This document shows positions 62,829-64,000 of a stretch of 64,000 bases of DNA, one piece after another. The position numbers were made by a program, and so were the translations under genes. Numbering within the stretch: the first letter of the stretch is position 1; each line of letters starts with the position of its first letter. The stretch comes from a virus (lineage: Duplodnaviria; Caudoviricetes). Where the stretch lies: positions 32,001 to 96,000 of IMG/VR virus record IMGVR_UViG_3300014204_000130, one strand, 5' to 3'. The notes under the pieces were generated by a model, which saw only the letters and a program-made list of their open reading frames with translations, was not told where the DNA came from and ran no database searches.

Positions 62829-64000
62829 TTAAGAAAATTCTTTCATGACCGCTTTTTCAATTTCTGCTTCAATTTTTTGCATTTCTTTGTCATTTAATGT
62901 CTCTACGACCGTCTGGATTACTTCTTTCTTCAATAGGAATTGCTCGTGTATCTTTTCCTCTACGGTATCGTTAACGATGAAGGAATAGACATGAACATCA
63001 TTCTCTTGGCCTGTTCGATACAATCGACCGATTCGTTGTTCTTCTGTGGTTGGCTTAAATGGTTTTTCCCACTGCACCATGTATCTACAGAACTGGATAT
63101 TATGTCCGAAGTTAACCTTATCCGTGCATAATAAGAATCGTCTATCAGAGTTCTTGAATTGCTGGATAACTGTAAGAGCATCTTCTTTTTCATCTCCGGT
63201 GATCTTGAAACATTTCTGTCCAATATTGGACAAATATTCTTCCAACATTCGGATTGTACATTTATAAAATGAAAACACAACAATTTTTTCATCCGTCTGT
63301 TCAAGTATCTCTTGGAACTTTTCAAGTTTTGGATTTTCTTTGTATTTTCCTCTTGAAGTATCACATAGAAATTGTCGTGCAGCATGATAACCAGCCGATG
63401 CATTTCCCTTATGTTCAAGTTTTACATCATCGTAACATTTCAACATTTCTTTCGAAGGATCGATAAATATGTCTGTTGGGTATAGATCAACTTTCAACCG
63501 TAATTTCTTCCGGATGATCATCGGCTTGATTAACTTGTGCAAATAATCATCATTCTTAAATCCTTTGGCTTTCGATTCAGTTTTGACGACATATCGATTC
63601 ATCATTCTACTCCAGAATCGAAACGATACATCTTCATACTTTATGAAGTTTGTCTGGAAGAATTTCTGACCTCCAAGTATATGTCCACCATCGATAAGTT
63701 TGAATATCGGATACAAATCAAATAATTGATTTTCAACTGGAGTTCCCGACATTGGTACTCGATATAATGGTTTCCAGAAATTGATTACTAAGTCGAAGAA
63801 ATTCTGACTTCTGGTTGCAAATAGAAAATTCTTCATATTATGGAACTCATCCACAATCAACATATCGGGATTCAACTTTTGTATTTCTTTATAATCGAAA
63901 TTGCATTTGTCGTAGTTTATGACAATCATCTCGATCATCGGATTTACAACGAATTGATGATACTTTTCAATCCGTTTCTTTTTGTTGTCAGTTTTGTTGA
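62829..64000 (-). CDS. SNF2-family helicase (5' end beyond the window)
   Basis: IVDEFH, SGTPVEN, KIVVFS, GHN, EQRIGRLYRTGQ; frame open to 64000. Confidence 0.9.
   Translation of the reverse strand, partial: NKTDNKKKRIEKYHQFVVNPMIEMIVINYDKCNFDYKEIQKLNPDMLIVDEFHNMKNFLFATRSQNFFDLVINFWKPLYRVPMSGTPVENQLFDLYPIFKLIDGGHILGGQKFFQTNFIKYEDVSFRFWSRMMNRYVVKTESKAKGFKNDDYLHKLIKPMIIRKKLRLKVDLYPTDIFIDPSKEMLKCYDDVKLEHKGNASAGYHAARQFLCDTSRGKYKENPKLEKFQEILEQTDEKIVVFSFYKCTIRMLEEYLSNIGQKCFKITGDEKEDALTVIQQFKNSDRRFLLCTDKVNFGHNIQFCRYMVQWEKPFKPTTEEQRIGRLYRTGQENDVHVYSFIVNDTVEEKIHEQFLLKKEVIQTVVETLNDKEMQKIEAEIEKAVMKEFS

Larger units (their letters stand above)
5..63231. promoter_or_regulatory. Dispersed 14-bp palindromic site GTCY-N6-RGAC (at least 28 copies)
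   Basis: Starts at 5, 5256, 8847, 12097, 14020, 14477, 14819, 14875, 15533, 15637, 15670, 16071, 19606, 21230, 21730, 22340, 24086, 28794, 29223, 33354, 33968, 37247, 38127, 41912, 42967, 50936, 56593, 63218. Confidence 0.85.

Noticed and set aside
1-64000. Stop-codon reassignment, DGR/retron, integrase, PurZ pathway
   Set aside because: Conserved genes are full-length in the standard code with all three stops in use; no reverse transcriptase, site-specific recombinase or PurZ motifs recognised in this window

Overview
This is a 64-kb segment of a large, AT-rich dsDNA phage genome. No integrase is visible, and the only virion-assembly gene is a terminase. From left to right: (1) the 5' end of a terminase large subunit running off the left edge on the - strand, absent from the ORF track; (2) a + strand nucleotide-metabolism block (dATP/dGTP diphosphohydrolase, ThyX, HD hydrolase, dUTPase), a large vWA protein and many small hypothetical genes up to ~15.5 kb; (3) a non-coding, motif-dense gap at 15.5-16.3 kb that may be a genome end; (4) a GC-richer, probably early, + strand region (16.3-34 kb) with sigma70-type promoters; (5) a convergent - strand replication/recombination block. 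Region 4 opens with a ~450-nt highly structured ncRNA resembling ROOL RNA, then a small ORF inside a 20-bp boxA-bearing stem, a 36-nt repeat pair, a CCA-adding enzyme and an AAA+/linker/vWA trio. Region 5 holds a 5'-3' exonuclease, an Hc1-like histone mimic, an ATP-dependent DNA ligase, split SbcC plus SbcD, RuvC, RecA, SSB, sliding clamp, DnaB, PolB with atypical active-site motifs, an RFC clamp loader, an RNA ligase, an SNF2 helicase and three aberrant tRNA-like elements. A 14-bp palindrome, GTCY-N6-RGAC, occurs at least 28 times across the window. Several single genes, including both free-standing + strand HNH genes, sit between short direct repeats, suggesting cassette-like gene gain. All family calls come from reading motifs by eye; no searches were run.
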